Positions 10,625-20,486 of a stretch of DNA of 64,000 nucleotides are shown here, one piece after another (within the stretch, counting starts at the first letter, position 1; every line of letters starts with the position of its first letter). The stretch is from NCBI GenBank assembly GCA_949358305.1, contig OX442314.1, positions 2,666,001-2,730,000 on the forward strand, read 5' to 3'. The notes under the pieces are model-generated. The model was given only the letters and a program-made list of their open reading frames with translations, did no database searches and was not told where the DNA came from. The translations under genes were made by a program, and so were the position numbers. Origin of the DNA: Strigamia acuminata. Its lineage: Eukaryota.

Positions 10625-12265
10625 TTAATCGTCCCATTTACTACGATCGAATCTGCAATACACGAGGGCGTAAACTTTTATTTCCGGACTCCAATCGGTG
10701 ACAGTAGATATTCTAATGTGATCGTTATCATCAAAATCTACTTTTTTCTCTAAATTGTACGTTCTAAAACATACCGGCATTTTACGTGGTGTTTTTGTAA
10801 CATCTGTACGTGGAATATGGAACGTTCGACCATGCCCGTTAATAGACAAGATAAACTCAAACTCGTTAGGTATTACTGTGTATTCTGCTGTAGTAGCATA
10901 CATGAATAAACTGATTCGCGTTATATGCCCGTAATGAGGAGTATAAAACTTCCCATTATGTGCAAATAATTTCCATTCTTCGGACACCTTCAAAAACCAA
11001 TCGGTCCGTTGCGAATGTAGGAACCCTAGCACTAAATCGGCCTGTTCTTCTACTTCGGGAATATTTAGATTTGATATTTTGTCTTCTAATTCCGTCAATT
11101 TCTTATTAACTTCTATTTTGTTCGCTTCGATGTTAGAATTTAACGTGGCTTCTACCGTATCGACAGTGCCGGCCAAAGCAGCGGGAGCAAAACTTGATTC
11201 GTCAACGCTCGGAATTGCGCTAATTTTTGATATTTCTTCTTGAACGGATGTCAAAATGGACAACATGTTTTCCTGCAACGTTATTATTTGTTCGTTGGCT
11301 AATTTGATTTTATCGGTAACCTCGTTGACGCTCGTTTGCATTTTATCTGACTTTACGGAATTTTCGTCTACGTACTCGTTTAATTTAAGTTTAGTCTCGT
11401 CCAGATCTTTTTGAATGGCAGTACTGACTGTGTCTAGCTCCGCTTTCGCCGCTTCAATTTTGGTTTTTAAGTCTTCCGTACTTTCGCTACTAACACCAAA
11501 TTTTGCGGGTAAAGCTTTGATTTTGGTTTCCAAGGCTTTAACCTCATTTTCCACACTTTTTTCTAACTTTTTTATATCATCCTGTGCTTGTTTTATCTTG
11601 TCATTTGATGCCTCGATGTTGGTTCTGATTTTGTCCACGTCTAAGTTCTGGATTTTGGTTTCTACTTCATCCAATGCTTCGTTTATTTTTGTATCATAAT
11701 CGGTTTTATTCTGGATTAAGCTATTAGTCAACGTCTCCAACCCAGTCTTTAAATCTTCGATCGCAGATTCCAACTCGGATTTAACGTCATTTATCAAGTC
11801 TTTGATTTTGATTTCTAATGCGCTTATTTGTTTTTCGTCAACTTCTACACCACCGGAAGCAGTCGCATTATCTACTAATATCTTAATGTTCGCTTCTAAT
11901 TCTTTAATTTTCTTAATCAAATCTTGTTCCAACGTTCCATATTTTATAGTAGCATAGGCAATATCATTTTTGAGTTTATCAATATCCTTCGTATCAATTC
12001 CTTCGCCTTGCCCCGTTAGCTTACTAGCTTGATCTTGTACGGTACGTTTTAATGCGTTCAAATCGTTAATTATAGAATCGCAAGCAGCTTTCAGGGCATT
12101 TTTAGTCTTTGTGATCTCGTCAAAAATTTTTTTTTCTAGATCGGATAATGCATCGTAACCAACGTGATCTGCGAGAACCTCATCTACTTCTCGACGTTGA
12201 CGTTTGCCCAATTTATGCACTGCGTTAAGACGATAATCGTCTCCTAGTTTATTTACGCTTACCAT
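10625..12265 (-). CDS. 546-aa long coiled-coil protein with a C-terminal globular domain (putative fibre/spike)
   Basis: About 380 aa of heptad-like acidic/lysine helix followed by an aromatic, beta-rich ~130-aa tail. Function is inferred. Confidence 0.7.
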   Translation of the reverse strand: MVSVNKLGDDYRLNAVHKLGKRQRREVDEVLADHVGYDALSDLEKKIFDEITKTKNALKAACDSIINDLNALKRTVQDQASKLTGQGEGIDTKDIDKLKNDIAYATIKYGTLEQDLIKKIKELEANIKILVDNATASGGVEVDEKQISALEIKIKDLINDVKSELESAIEDLKTGLETLTNSLIQNKTDYDTKINEALDEVETKIQNLDVDKIRTNIEASNDKIKQAQDDIKKLEKSVENEVKALETKIKALPAKFGVSSESTEDLKTKIEAAKAELDTVSTAIQKDLDETKLKLNEYVDENSVKSDKMQTSVNEVTDKIKLANEQIITLQENMLSILTSVQEEISKISAIPSVDESSFAPAALAGTVDTVEATLNSNIEANKIEVNKKLTELEDKISNLNIPEVEEQADLVLGFLHSQRTDWFLKVSEEWKLFAHNGKFYTPHYGHITRISLFMYATTAEYTVIPNEFEFILSINGHGRTFHIPRTDVTKTPRKMPVCFRTYNLEKKVDFDDNDHIRISTVTDWSPEIKVYALVYCRFDRSKWDD

Positions 12266-12299
12266 TTTTTTAATAGAAGGGAAAAAAACTATTTTTTAA

Positions 12300-12659
12300 T
12301 TATTTTTTTTCTTCTTTCCTCCATTTTTTTAAAACATATAAGCACAAATGGCCGCAAGTAATTTCGTCAAAATTTTGATACTGATTGTAATTGTATTTTA
12401 TGTTGTCTCCCAGATAATCGTATAATTCCAACGGGGGTGGCAAGTCTCCGAAACTATCGAAGTACAGCTTCTTATTTCCAATTTTACTGTATGCCACCCA
12501 ATGACTTCCGCTTTCGTGGTGCGTGTTCAAATTAACAATTCCACATTCTTTCGATCGTGGTTTGACGGGTAAAGTATCTCTCGAAAACACTCCTCTAAAA
12601 AATGAAATTTTCATTCGTCTGGCCAGTTCCTCCAACTGCAACGAATCTAGCGGTTTTAT
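12300..12659 (-). CDS. Adenain-like cysteine protease 1 (start codon unclear)
   Basis: GSHWVAY, YFDSFG and QNFDEITCG give His-Asp-Cys plus the oxyanion Gln. The frame is open from 12659 (ATA) and the first ATG is at 12614. Confidence 0.9.
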   Translation of the reverse strand: MKPLDSLQLEELARRMKISFFRGVFSRDTLPVKPRSKECGIVNLNTHHESGSHWVAYSKIGNKKLYFDSFGDLPPPLELYDYLGDNIKYNYNQYQNFDEITCGHLCLYVLKKWRKEEKK

Positions 12660-13123
12660 TTTTTTGTCACCAGTGAGCCGTAAGGTTTCAAGTAAAAACC
12701 TTTTCCAGACTTGCGTTTCCGCGATTTTTTTTTTGCGAATTGCATTCCTTTACCTTCTGAAACTGCATTATGACGTTTTGTCTCATCGAGCATTCTCTTG
12801 TTGGTTTTTGCCTCATCGACAGCTTTGGCAATTCCTGCCGCACCGCCAGCGAGACCGCCTAAAGCCCCCAATAGTGGAAGTAATAAAGGGAAAAATCCGC
12901 CAGATTGTTTAATTTGATTCGAAGGTATACTCAAAGTCATGCCTTTCTTTTTAGAACCGGCTTTTTTGATCTTGTTTATTTGTCTATCCGTAAGAGACAA
13001 GCCATGATTGCCGTTTAATTGTTCGTATTTCAATCTTAAATGCAAGGGTATCTTTTTTTTGACAGACTTGGATATTTTTCGTTGTTGATTCGGAGATAGA
13101 TTCACTTTATGTATCTTATACAT
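12656..13123 (-). CDS. Basic core protein with an adenovirus pX/mu-like hydrophobic segment
   Basis: Lys-rich. QSGG|FFPLLLPLLGALGGLAGGAAGIAKAV resembles adenoviral pX after a GG cleavage site. C-terminal GKGFYLKPY is familiar from Polintons. Confidence 0.75.
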   Translation of the reverse strand: MYKIHKVNLSPNQQRKISKSVKKKIPLHLRLKYEQLNGNHGLSLTDRQINKIKKAGSKKKGMTLSIPSNQIKQSGGFFPLLLPLLGALGGLAGGAAGIAKAVDEAKTNKRMLDETKRHNAVSEGKGMQFAKKKSRKRKSGKGFYLKPYGSLVTKK

Positions 13124-13137
13124 TTTTATTTCTTTTT

Positions 13138-13292
13138 TTATATACGTATATATTATTTTATATATATTTATTTATATATATTATATATTATATATTATAT
13201 ATATTATATATATATTATATATATATATATATTATATATATATTATATATTATATATATTTATATATATTTTATATACGTATATATTATTTT
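13138..13292. repeat. (TA)-rich microsatellite-like spacer
   Basis: Almost pure TA/TTA run between the MCP stop codon and the core-protein start. Confidence 0.9.
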
Positions 13293-13297
13293 AAAAT

Positions 13298-14617
13298 CTA
13301 ATATAATACTTCGATTTTACCCTTGTCTAATTTCATAGTCATTAGTCTATCGCTTATTATCAAAGCGTAGGCTTTAGTGTCGGCAGGAACGGTTTCCGCA
13401 AATTTCATTTTTATTTGCACGTCCATTATTCCGGTTTTCATTCTTTCGCTTTGTTTCGTGCAATCTATTACGATGAGCGGGTATATATTTCCGTACTCGT
13501 AAGTATTAAACGGTAAATCGTCGGCACCGTAATAGTCTTTTCTAAATTGAATGCAACTTTCTAAGAATTTACAGAAATTGGCTTTCTTAAAATCATTGTT
13601 ACTGTCCAGATAAGGATATCGTTCCGAATTTAAGTAGGCATGAACTTCCGTTACATTGCAGTTATCAAATGTGGCTGGATTTTTTAATTGGTCGTCTCTT
13701 TTATTCGTTTGTAAAGCCACGATGATGTAACGTGGTTTTTCTGACGTGCTGGTTGTTACCACTCTCCACGCGTGTTCCTTACTTTGTGGCACGTCTGTCA
13801 TTTCGAACGACCAATGTCGAAAAGCTAATGGAACGTTCACCCCTCTATCTATGGCAGTGAGTAATCTATTCTTTTGGATATCGGACGGTAAGACGTGCGG
13901 CATCAACCAATATAACTGTTCGATGATAATTTTTCCAACGGGGGTGTTTACTTTTGGGGCGGGACCGGACTGTATCGCTTTAAAAATGGCATCGTTGTCG
14001 TGAGTTCGCATTAAGGTCAAAACTTGTTTGGCACCATATATGATTTTCGTATAGTCTTCGAAAAATCCCATTAAATGTGTTAACGGTACTAACAAAGAGA
14101 ACGATCCTTTGGGCGTTGGCATTATGTTGTAAAATATTCTACGTTCTAGAAAAGCGGGATTAAGAGTATCCGATGCTTCGCCCTTGTGATGATCTACTAT
14201 CCATCCCATATTTCCGCTCGAATTTTGGAGCTGTTTGTACGTTAGTAAGCCCTTAATAGTGGTAGCATAACCCGGATAATTTATTTCGTCTATTAATTTA
14301 TCACCTATGTGATATTTCATGTTGCTGAACAAAAATGGCATAAAGTTATTTCCTAACGTTATTATATGGTCTTGTTCATCAGCTTGAGCGATAAGGTCTG
14401 TACCATCCGCTTTCACTAATCTTCCTGTTATGCAGACGTAACTTTTATGAGGGTGAGTCCATACATCTTCGTTTTGAATGATTAATCGAATTTCGGAATT
14501 CACATTATTTAAATTAGTTCCTATAATAGGATAATATTCGTGGTAGTTGTAGGCATTAACAGATTCATCGACGACGAATGGTTGTTCGACATCCAAATAA
14601 TTCTCGGAGACTTGCAT
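13298..14617 (-). CDS. Double-jelly-roll major capsid protein
   Basis: 439 aa. Motifs EKPRYIIVALQT, LNSERYPY and PLIVIDCTKQ are typical of Polinton MCP. Confidence 0.9.
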   Translation of the reverse strand: MQVSENYLDVEQPFVVDESVNAYNYHEYYPIIGTNLNNVNSEIRLIIQNEDVWTHPHKSYVCITGRLVKADGTDLIAQADEQDHIITLGNNFMPFLFSNMKYHIGDKLIDEINYPGYATTIKGLLTYKQLQNSSGNMGWIVDHHKGEASDTLNPAFLERRIFYNIMPTPKGSFSLLVPLTHLMGFFEDYTKIIYGAKQVLTLMRTHDNDAIFKAIQSGPAPKVNTPVGKIIIEQLYWLMPHVLPSDIQKNRLLTAIDRGVNVPLAFRHWSFEMTDVPQSKEHAWRVVTTSTSEKPRYIIVALQTNKRDDQLKNPATFDNCNVTEVHAYLNSERYPYLDSNNDFKKANFCKFLESCIQFRKDYYGADDLPFNTYEYGNIYPLIVIDCTKQSERMKTGIMDVQIKMKFAETVPADTKAYALIISDRLMTMKLDKGKIEVLY

Positions 14618-14625
14618 CGTCGCTA

Positions 14626-14845
14626 TTTTTTAATTACTTAATATATATATATTTTTTAAAAAGAATTACTTAATTAATTACTTAATATATATATTTTTTT
14701 AAAAAGAATTACTTAATTAATTACTTAATATATATATATTTTTTAAAAGAGAATTACTTAATTAATTACTTAATATATATTTTTTTTAAAAAGAATTACG
14801 GTATTTAATTAATTACTTAATATATATTTTTTTTAAAAAGAATTT
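14626..14845. repeat. AT-rich ~45-50-bp tandem repeat upstream of MCP
   Basis: Repeated unit aattacttaat(at)n ttttttaaaaagaattact, 4-5 copies. Confidence 0.8.
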
Positions 14846-14994
14846 ATATATTCTCGATTATCTGGCCGTATCGAAGACTTTATAATTTTTATATTTCCAC
14901 CTCTAATCGACGAGGGTGTCTTGACAGTGGCAGTGTTGGAGCTGGTGCTGGGGGTATTACTTGCCGTTACGTTCTTATTAAAAATTAACGGCAT
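14833..14994 (-). CDS. 53-aa small Polinton protein (not in the ORF track)
   Basis: aaaaacATG...TAA encodes MPLIFNKNVTASNTPSTSSNTATVKTPSSIRGGNIKIIKSSIRPDNREYINSF. It is co-oriented and sits directly behind the penton gene. Confidence 0.55.
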   Translation of the reverse strand: MPLIFNKNVTASNTPSTSSNTATVKTPSSIRGGNIKIIKSSIRPDNREYINSF

Positions 14995-15004
14995 GTTTTT
15001 TTAA

Positions 15005-15766
15005 TTACGCTTTAATTAATTTTCGTAAGTGTAAACGTGTAGTAAAAATTTCTCCTCTCAGATTCAGTGGTTTATCGTCTTGATCGGTCAACCAGATCCT
15101 GACTTCGTGTATTTTAGATTGATTTTTCACCGGCAAGTAAACTATGTTATACGGCATTTCTACTATTTTGAAGCCTGGCGGGACATTAGGAAAAAATGCG
15201 TATATGATCGGAGCCGTCTTCCCGTTTTTATAAGAGTCGGTAATAAGATCACAATGGACCAGGATAGTGTTAATGTGAAAAATGTTCACCGGATTAATGG
15301 ATTCGCTTCTACCTACACCGTATTTCTTTGTTTTGAGACCGAATAATTTAGCCATACTTCTATTTTCCGAAAAATTGGCCCCGTAACTGGCATCGCTAAT
15401 CACTAATGTCGTGGACAGAGTATTATAATTGGCCACGATGTCGATGAAAGGTGCGTCGTCTTTCATATTCCAGTGTCCTCTGGATTTCATTTCGGTATGT
15501 ATGTACGAGATAATGTCGGCAAGTTCGTAACAACCCACGGGAACGATGATGTCGTAGTTGAGCGTACCTATAATACGAGCGGGGACGTTCACATCTACTT
15601 CAACAGTGTAGTATTTGAACACGTTGTTGTCCTCGGTTATATTTGGCATTGTGTAAAATGTCTCGAGGCTCACTAATCCCAATTCGTATTCGTCGTCACC
15701 CAAAATTAAAGGTGAGCTAAAAGTAGTGAGGAAATCCGATTTCGTACTGCTTAGTACGATAGACAT
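15005..15766 (-). CDS. Minor capsid protein (penton, single jelly roll)
   Basis: YELGLVSLETFYTMPNI, HCDLITDSY, FFPNVPPGFKIVE and LTDQDDKPLNLRGE are typical Polinton minor-capsid motifs. Confidence 0.85.
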   Translation of the reverse strand: MSIVLSSTKSDFLTTFSSPLILGDDEYELGLVSLETFYTMPNITEDNNVFKYYTVEVDVNVPARIIGTLNYDIIVPVGCYELADIISYIHTEMKSRGHWNMKDDAPFIDIVANYNTLSTTLVISDASYGANFSENRSMAKLFGLKTKKYGVGRSESINPVNIFHINTILVHCDLITDSYKNGKTAPIIYAFFPNVPPGFKIVEMPYNIVYLPVKNQSKIHEVRIWLTDQDDKPLNLRGEIFTTRLHLRKLIKA

Positions 15767-15793
15767 GGTAATCACGATTATTATTACTTTTTT

Positions 15794-17017
15794 TTAATTC
15801 GCGAGAATTTTCTTTCGCATGTTTTCAAACTTGGTTTTATCGAGGATTCTTTCCTCTTTCAGTTCCATAAGTATTTCCACAATTTCGTTGTCGTGAGACT
15901 GGTTTCCAGCATCCCGTGATGCATGCAACAATCGCAGCCTGTCTATTAATTCGTCCGGGTTATTGTAATACTTGTAGTCTACGGAGTTGTGCGGCCGAAA
16001 CGTTTTCGTGACACCTTTGCCAGCTTGGGGTGTGTTCTTGCCAGCTTGGGATGTTGTCTTTGGACGATTTTTATACAGTTCCCAAATTCGTTTAACCACT
16101 GTCATATACTTTTCTCCTTTACTAGACTTTGGCATATTAGTTGCCGAATTGTTCTTTTTAAATAACCCTTGACTAGAAATGAGAATCCTGCCGTAATCCA
16201 CAAAATTTTGGTCTGTCATAGTTCCTTCAATCGGTGGAAGTTTTTGCATGAGGAGATGCATTAATGTTGGAGTTCGTGGATACTTTACGTTTTTCACAAG
16301 TATATGAGTTGGAAAGAATTTAACTTCTTCGACTCCTATTTTAAATTTTGAATCATACGGGTCATATCTAATTCCAAACACCGTATCTAAATGAGCCGCA
16401 TTTTCGGCGTAATATTTCAAGAACTCTTGCTGTACTGCGTTTTCCGATTCTTTGTCCGTCATTTTTAATTCGAGACTTTTTCTTATGTCGCGTTGATATT
16501 TTATATTTGGAAGCACATGAGCAAATTGCCAATCATCATCATCAACATCATCTTCTACGAGGCTCGTCTCTCCCTCTCTTTGAAATGAAACATTTTCCTC
16601 TTCATTCCCATCATCCCGGCCAAACTTAAGTCGAGGAGTTTCAATTTTACTCGAGGACAAGCTTTGGCGACTGAACTGCCTTTTTAAGGATGAACTTTCC
16701 CAAGGTAAGAGCGGTGATTCTAGATCCATTTCGTACTTTAAATTATGGGACTTACTTGTAATGGGTGTGAAAGATGACAACTCTCTTTTAATGGGAGTGG
16801 AAGGTGAGGATTTGAAAGTCGTAGGTGGTAGAGCAAGGGGTGGAGATAGTTGCTGCTGCTGCTGCGGCAGGCTATGCAATGCAGCAGTTACAGGTTTGAA
16901 GAATGCACCGAGCGCTTCATCTTCGGATCCTCTGTTTAACTTATCTTGCAGAAACTTTTTTTTCAAGCTCTGTTTTAATTTCTCGTAATTTCCACGCTGC
17001 TGTTTATTCATGTTCAT
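15794..17017 (-). CDS. Conserved Polinton protein (PZ-like)
   Basis: C-terminal YYNNPDELIDRLRLLHASRDAGNQSHDNEIVEILMELKE motif. Confidence 0.75.
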   Translation of the reverse strand: MNMNKQQRGNYEKLKQSLKKKFLQDKLNRGSEDEALGAFFKPVTAALHSLPQQQQQLSPPLALPPTTFKSSPSTPIKRELSSFTPITSKSHNLKYEMDLESPLLPWESSSLKRQFSRQSLSSSKIETPRLKFGRDDGNEEENVSFQREGETSLVEDDVDDDDWQFAHVLPNIKYQRDIRKSLELKMTDKESENAVQQEFLKYYAENAAHLDTVFGIRYDPYDSKFKIGVEEVKFFPTHILVKNVKYPRTPTLMHLLMQKLPPIEGTMTDQNFVDYGRILISSQGLFKKNNSATNMPKSSKGEKYMTVVKRIWELYKNRPKTTSQAGKNTPQAGKGVTKTFRPHNSVDYKYYNNPDELIDRLRLLHASRDAGNQSHDNEIVEILMELKEERILDKTKFENMRKKILAN

Positions 17018-17681
17018 TTTTTAAAAATGGGGAAAATTTATTTTTATATCTCCCGCTCGACATAGACTTGGTCTTGTCAATGGTGAGAAAGCCAAACGTA
17101 TCATCATCCCAACACGACTTACACATGTCTCTGAATCGAACGTACGTCATGTCCGTTCCAACATGGTTGTCAAAAACGTGTTTCATGTTTCTTTCGTCTT
17201 GTCTGAACATGATTATTAAATTGGCATTGTCTCTTATCACCTGTTTTGGGATTCGGCTATAAGTCTGACACAAGTAAAAAGAGTCTACGTTACTATGACG
17301 GCCCTGGGCAAAATATTTCTCAATATTATGTTGCTTGTCGGTCATCACATCATCAAACACAAAAATAGACTTGTTCACGGATTTATCAAAAAGTTGTTCG
17401 GGAGACGGCACATCCTCGTTGCTCGGGAAGAAATGAGCTACCTGTTTGCCCAATTCCGATTCTAGATCCTCGAACAACTCTCTTAACCGCTCGTATTTTG
17501 GTTGAAATAAAGTTTTAGAAAACACCATCAGCTTGTCGAACCGTAGCCAATGCAGGAAGTTTAGCAACAGATTCGTTTTCCCACATTCAGCCGGGCCACA
17601 CATGATGCATCTTATGTTTTTTGGCAGAATCGACTTATCACATTTATCCAAACGCCCCGTGTCAAAATTTATGACATTCAT
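17004..17681 (-). CDS. A32/FtsK-like genome-packaging ATPase
   Basis: Walker A GPAECGKT, Walker B FVFDD, plus GRH and IRDNAN motifs. Confidence 0.93.
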   Translation of the reverse strand: MNVINFDTGRLDKCDKSILPKNIRCIMCGPAECGKTNLLLNFLHWLRFDKLMVFSKTLFQPKYERLRELFEDLESELGKQVAHFFPSNEDVPSPEQLFDKSVNKSIFVFDDVMTDKQHNIEKYFAQGRHSNVDSFYLCQTYSRIPKQVIRDNANLIIMFRQDERNMKHVFDNHVGTDMTYVRFRDMCKSCWDDDTFGFLTIDKTKSMSSGRYKNKFSPFLKNEHE

Positions 17682-17717
17682 TTTTTATATTCCCGTAATA
17701 AAAAAAAGAAGACAAAC

Positions 17718-18211
17718 ATGTTTTGCGTTAAATGTAAAAAGTCTACTCCTACCGGCACGTTGGAAATGGGAGTCACTAAAAACAACAGAGCCTACAAAAG
17801 AGGTAAATGCTTGGCATGCGGGACCTTGAAATATCAGTTCATAAAAAAAAAAAATCTCCAGCAACCGGAAAAGGACTTTTGAATAAACTAATCAATAAAT
17901 TACCGGTAGAAATGCATATCCCTGGGTACAATTATTGCGGTCCAGGCACAAAATTAGATAAGCGTTTAGCTAGAGGTGATAAAGGCATAAACCCATTGGA
18001 TGAAGCGTGCAAGCTGCACGACATTGCTTACATAAATGAGAACTTAGAAGCCAGACACGAAGCAGACAGAAAGTTGGTCGAAGCATGTGTTTTAATCATC
18101 TCCGATCCAACAGTCAGTTTAAGCACAAAATTAGCCGCCAAAGCAATCAAAGCAACGTTCAATACCAAACTTAAACTGGGAATGGGACTAAAAAAAAAAA
18201 AAAATGCCTGA
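17718..18211 (+). CDS. Zn-ribbon plus parvovirus-type phospholipase A2 protein, split by a -1 frame change at A12 (17843-17854)
   Basis: ATG 17718 gives MFCVKC...KCLACG...QFIKKK. The -1 frame continues KSPATGKG...YCGPG...DEACKLHDIAY (Ca-binding loop and HD dyad). Confidence 0.85.
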
Positions 18212-19157
18212 CATAGAACAACTGGTATCTGAATTACATAAGCCGGCACGTAGGCATTACGTCAGACGTCCGGTCGTATCTTTTGCAATCAACGACTTAT
18301 GGCAGATCGATTTAGTCGAATTGATACCTTTTTCCCGTGTAAACAAAGGTTATAAATACTTATTAACGGTTATAGATGCGTTCTCTAAATATGCGTATGC
18401 GGTTCCCATCAAATCAAAGACTGGCAAAGAGGTAACCGCTGCATTTGAAAAGGTGCTTGTCAAAGCGGGGAATAAGGGGCCGGTCAACATGGCATCCGAT
18501 TGGGGGAAAGAATTCTACAATTCCCATTTCAAGGCACTGGTCAAAAAGTTCAACATCAACCATTTTTCCACACACTCGCCGTTGAAAGCGAGCATGGTCG
18601 AGCGGTTCAATCGCACGCTCAAAGAGCGCATGTACAGGCATTTTACTTTGAAAGGTTCGAGGAATTGGATTACTATCTTACCCCAATTGATGACCCGTTA
18701 TAACTCTTCGGTTCACCGTACGACCAACATGAAACCCAAAGATGTGGCTCCCAAACATGAAAAGGCGCTCAGACTAAAATTACTTCCCGAACCAGCAACG
18801 TCCAAGCCTAAATTCAAAGTGGGCGACCGAGTGCGTATTTCCAAATCCAAATCCATATTTGACAAAGGGTTTTTGCAAAATTGGACTAATGAAATCTTTA
18901 CAATTGATAAAGTGGACACGACGTATGAACCTCCAATTTTCAAATTGAAAGACAGTTTGGGAGAATCGATCGAAGGTTCCTTTTACCGTGAAGAACTCCA
19001 AAAAACTGAAACCAGGGTAGATGATCCCTACTTGATCGAGAAAGTCATTAGAAAAAAGAAAAACAGCGATGGATCATGGAAGTACCTAGTGAAATGGGTC
19101 GGCTACGATCAGAAGCATAATTCATGGGTGGATGATCTCATCGACATTAAAAAATGA
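18204..19157 (+). CDS. int: Retroviral-type (rve) integrase with a C-terminal chromodomain
   Basis: DDE motifs WQIDL, SDWGKEF and VERFNRT. Chromodomain YLIEKV...YLVKWVGY...NSWV. Confidence 0.95.
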   Translation: MPDIEQLVSELHKPARRHYVRRPVVSFAINDLWQIDLVELIPFSRVNKGYKYLLTVIDAFSKYAYAVPIKSKTGKEVTAAFEKVLVKAGNKGPVNMASDWGKEFYNSHFKALVKKFNINHFSTHSPLKASMVERFNRTLKERMYRHFTLKGSRNWITILPQLMTRYNSSVHRTTNMKPKDVAPKHEKALRLKLLPEPATSKPKFKVGDRVRISKSKSIFDKGFLQNWTNEIFTIDKVDTTYEPPIFKLKDSLGESIEGSFYREELQKTETRVDDPYLIEKVIRKKKNSDGSWKYLVKWVGYDQKHNSWVDDLIDIKK

Positions 19158-19573
19158 ATAACGTGGAAATTTACAACTGGGCGAAGAATAAACTACGTAT
19201 CGCTCACTTCAACAACGTGTTGCCCATCGATTGCTTGAAACCGCTCGCGAATCACCGGGGCAAGAATGAAAGCTTCGTCATCAATTTAGACCCATCGACG
19301 GGTGGTGGTACCCATTGGGTCAGCTTGTATCTTTGCAATGACAGAGGCATATACTTTGATAATTTGGGAAACGTTCCACCTAAAGAGATCATTGATTTTG
19401 TCGGAAGAGACGTTACCCTAGATTATGCTACAAAAGAAATGTATTCGTTGACAAAAGAAGATTCTTGCGGGATGTTTTGCCTCTTTGCGCTCTATTTAGC
19501 AGCCAATCTTAATCTCAGGCAGAATACAATCATTAAAATCATTCGAGGAATGAATAATCTTGAGTTGTTGTAA
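19154..19573 (+). CDS. Adenain-like cysteine protease 2
   Basis: INLD..GGGTHWV, YFDNLG and DSCGMFC. ATGA overlap with the integrase stop. Confidence 0.85.
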   Translation: MNNVEIYNWAKNKLRIAHFNNVLPIDCLKPLANHRGKNESFVINLDPSTGGGTHWVSLYLCNDRGIYFDNLGNVPPKEIIDFVGRDVTLDYATKEMYSLTKEDSCGMFCLFALYLAANLNLRQNTIIKIIRGMNNLELL

Positions 19574-19805
19574 AGTAAACCCAATTTCCATTTTTCTCAA
19601 AAAAATGAAATTATTTAAGAAGTTAAAACAATCCTAATTTGAAATCAACAAAGATTCGCACAAAACCTTGCGGAAAGTCTGCAAACAAGCACGGGCATGT
19701 GTTAAAGTCCGTGTCAAATCAAAAATGAAACCGTAACAAAAATTTTCTATATATAAAAAAGCAACATTATTATATTCACTTCAATTTGAGAAAGAAAAGA
19801 ATTAA

Positions 19806-20087
19806 ATGTATCTCTTTCAACTCCAACAGAACAAAACTACCGATGAAAAGAAAATAATTTTGAAACATTTATCCTTATTTTTATTGGTCCATTATGGTGG
19901 CTCAATAGATCAGAGAACCGATTCGTTACTTTTGTGGCGACCGGCATTTCAGATCAAGATTCAAACTCTGGTGGAGAAACTTGGAAGATTTTCCAGTGAG
20001 AATATTGAACACGTCAAATACGTACACGACAATGTAACTATCGCCGAAATCCAGGAATTGGCTGAAATAAGTCATTTATTCGGCTAA
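19806..20087 (+). CDS. Hypothetical Polinton protein (93 aa)
   Basis: ATG ORF preceded by a TATA/Inr motif like that of polB. Confidence 0.5.
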   Translation: MYLFQLQQNKTTDEKKIILKHLSLFLLVHYGGSIDQRTDSLLLWRPAFQIKIQTLVEKLGRFSSENIEHVKYVHDNVTIAEIQELAEISHLFG

Positions 20088-20486
20088 ATGCTACTCTATA
20101 TATATAATGCGGCATTATGTAATTAATTATCACAAGTTTTTAAAATAATATTTATATTGTTAATTTTACTGTTTTTTCTCTGAATAAGGAAATAGTCTTT
20201 TGATTAATTGGGTGTAATTACAAATTATATTTCACATATTAAATCTGGAAATAAAAATGAATATGTGAATAAACACCTGATTTAATTCAAAACACGTGAC
20301 CATGTAATTATATTAAAGCAGCGTGACTCATCCGGCAAATGCATAATAAATAAATAAATTTTAAAAAATATAAATAAAATTGCTTTTAAATAAATTTTCA
20401 ATTAAAAATAAATTAAAAATATAGTATGTAAACATCATTTTAATTAAATTTTCAATTAAAAATAAATTATTTCTCAGCTGAATAAC

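Noticed and set aside
13109..13294. 61-aa Tyr/Ile ORF
   Set aside because: It is a translation of the TA microsatellite.
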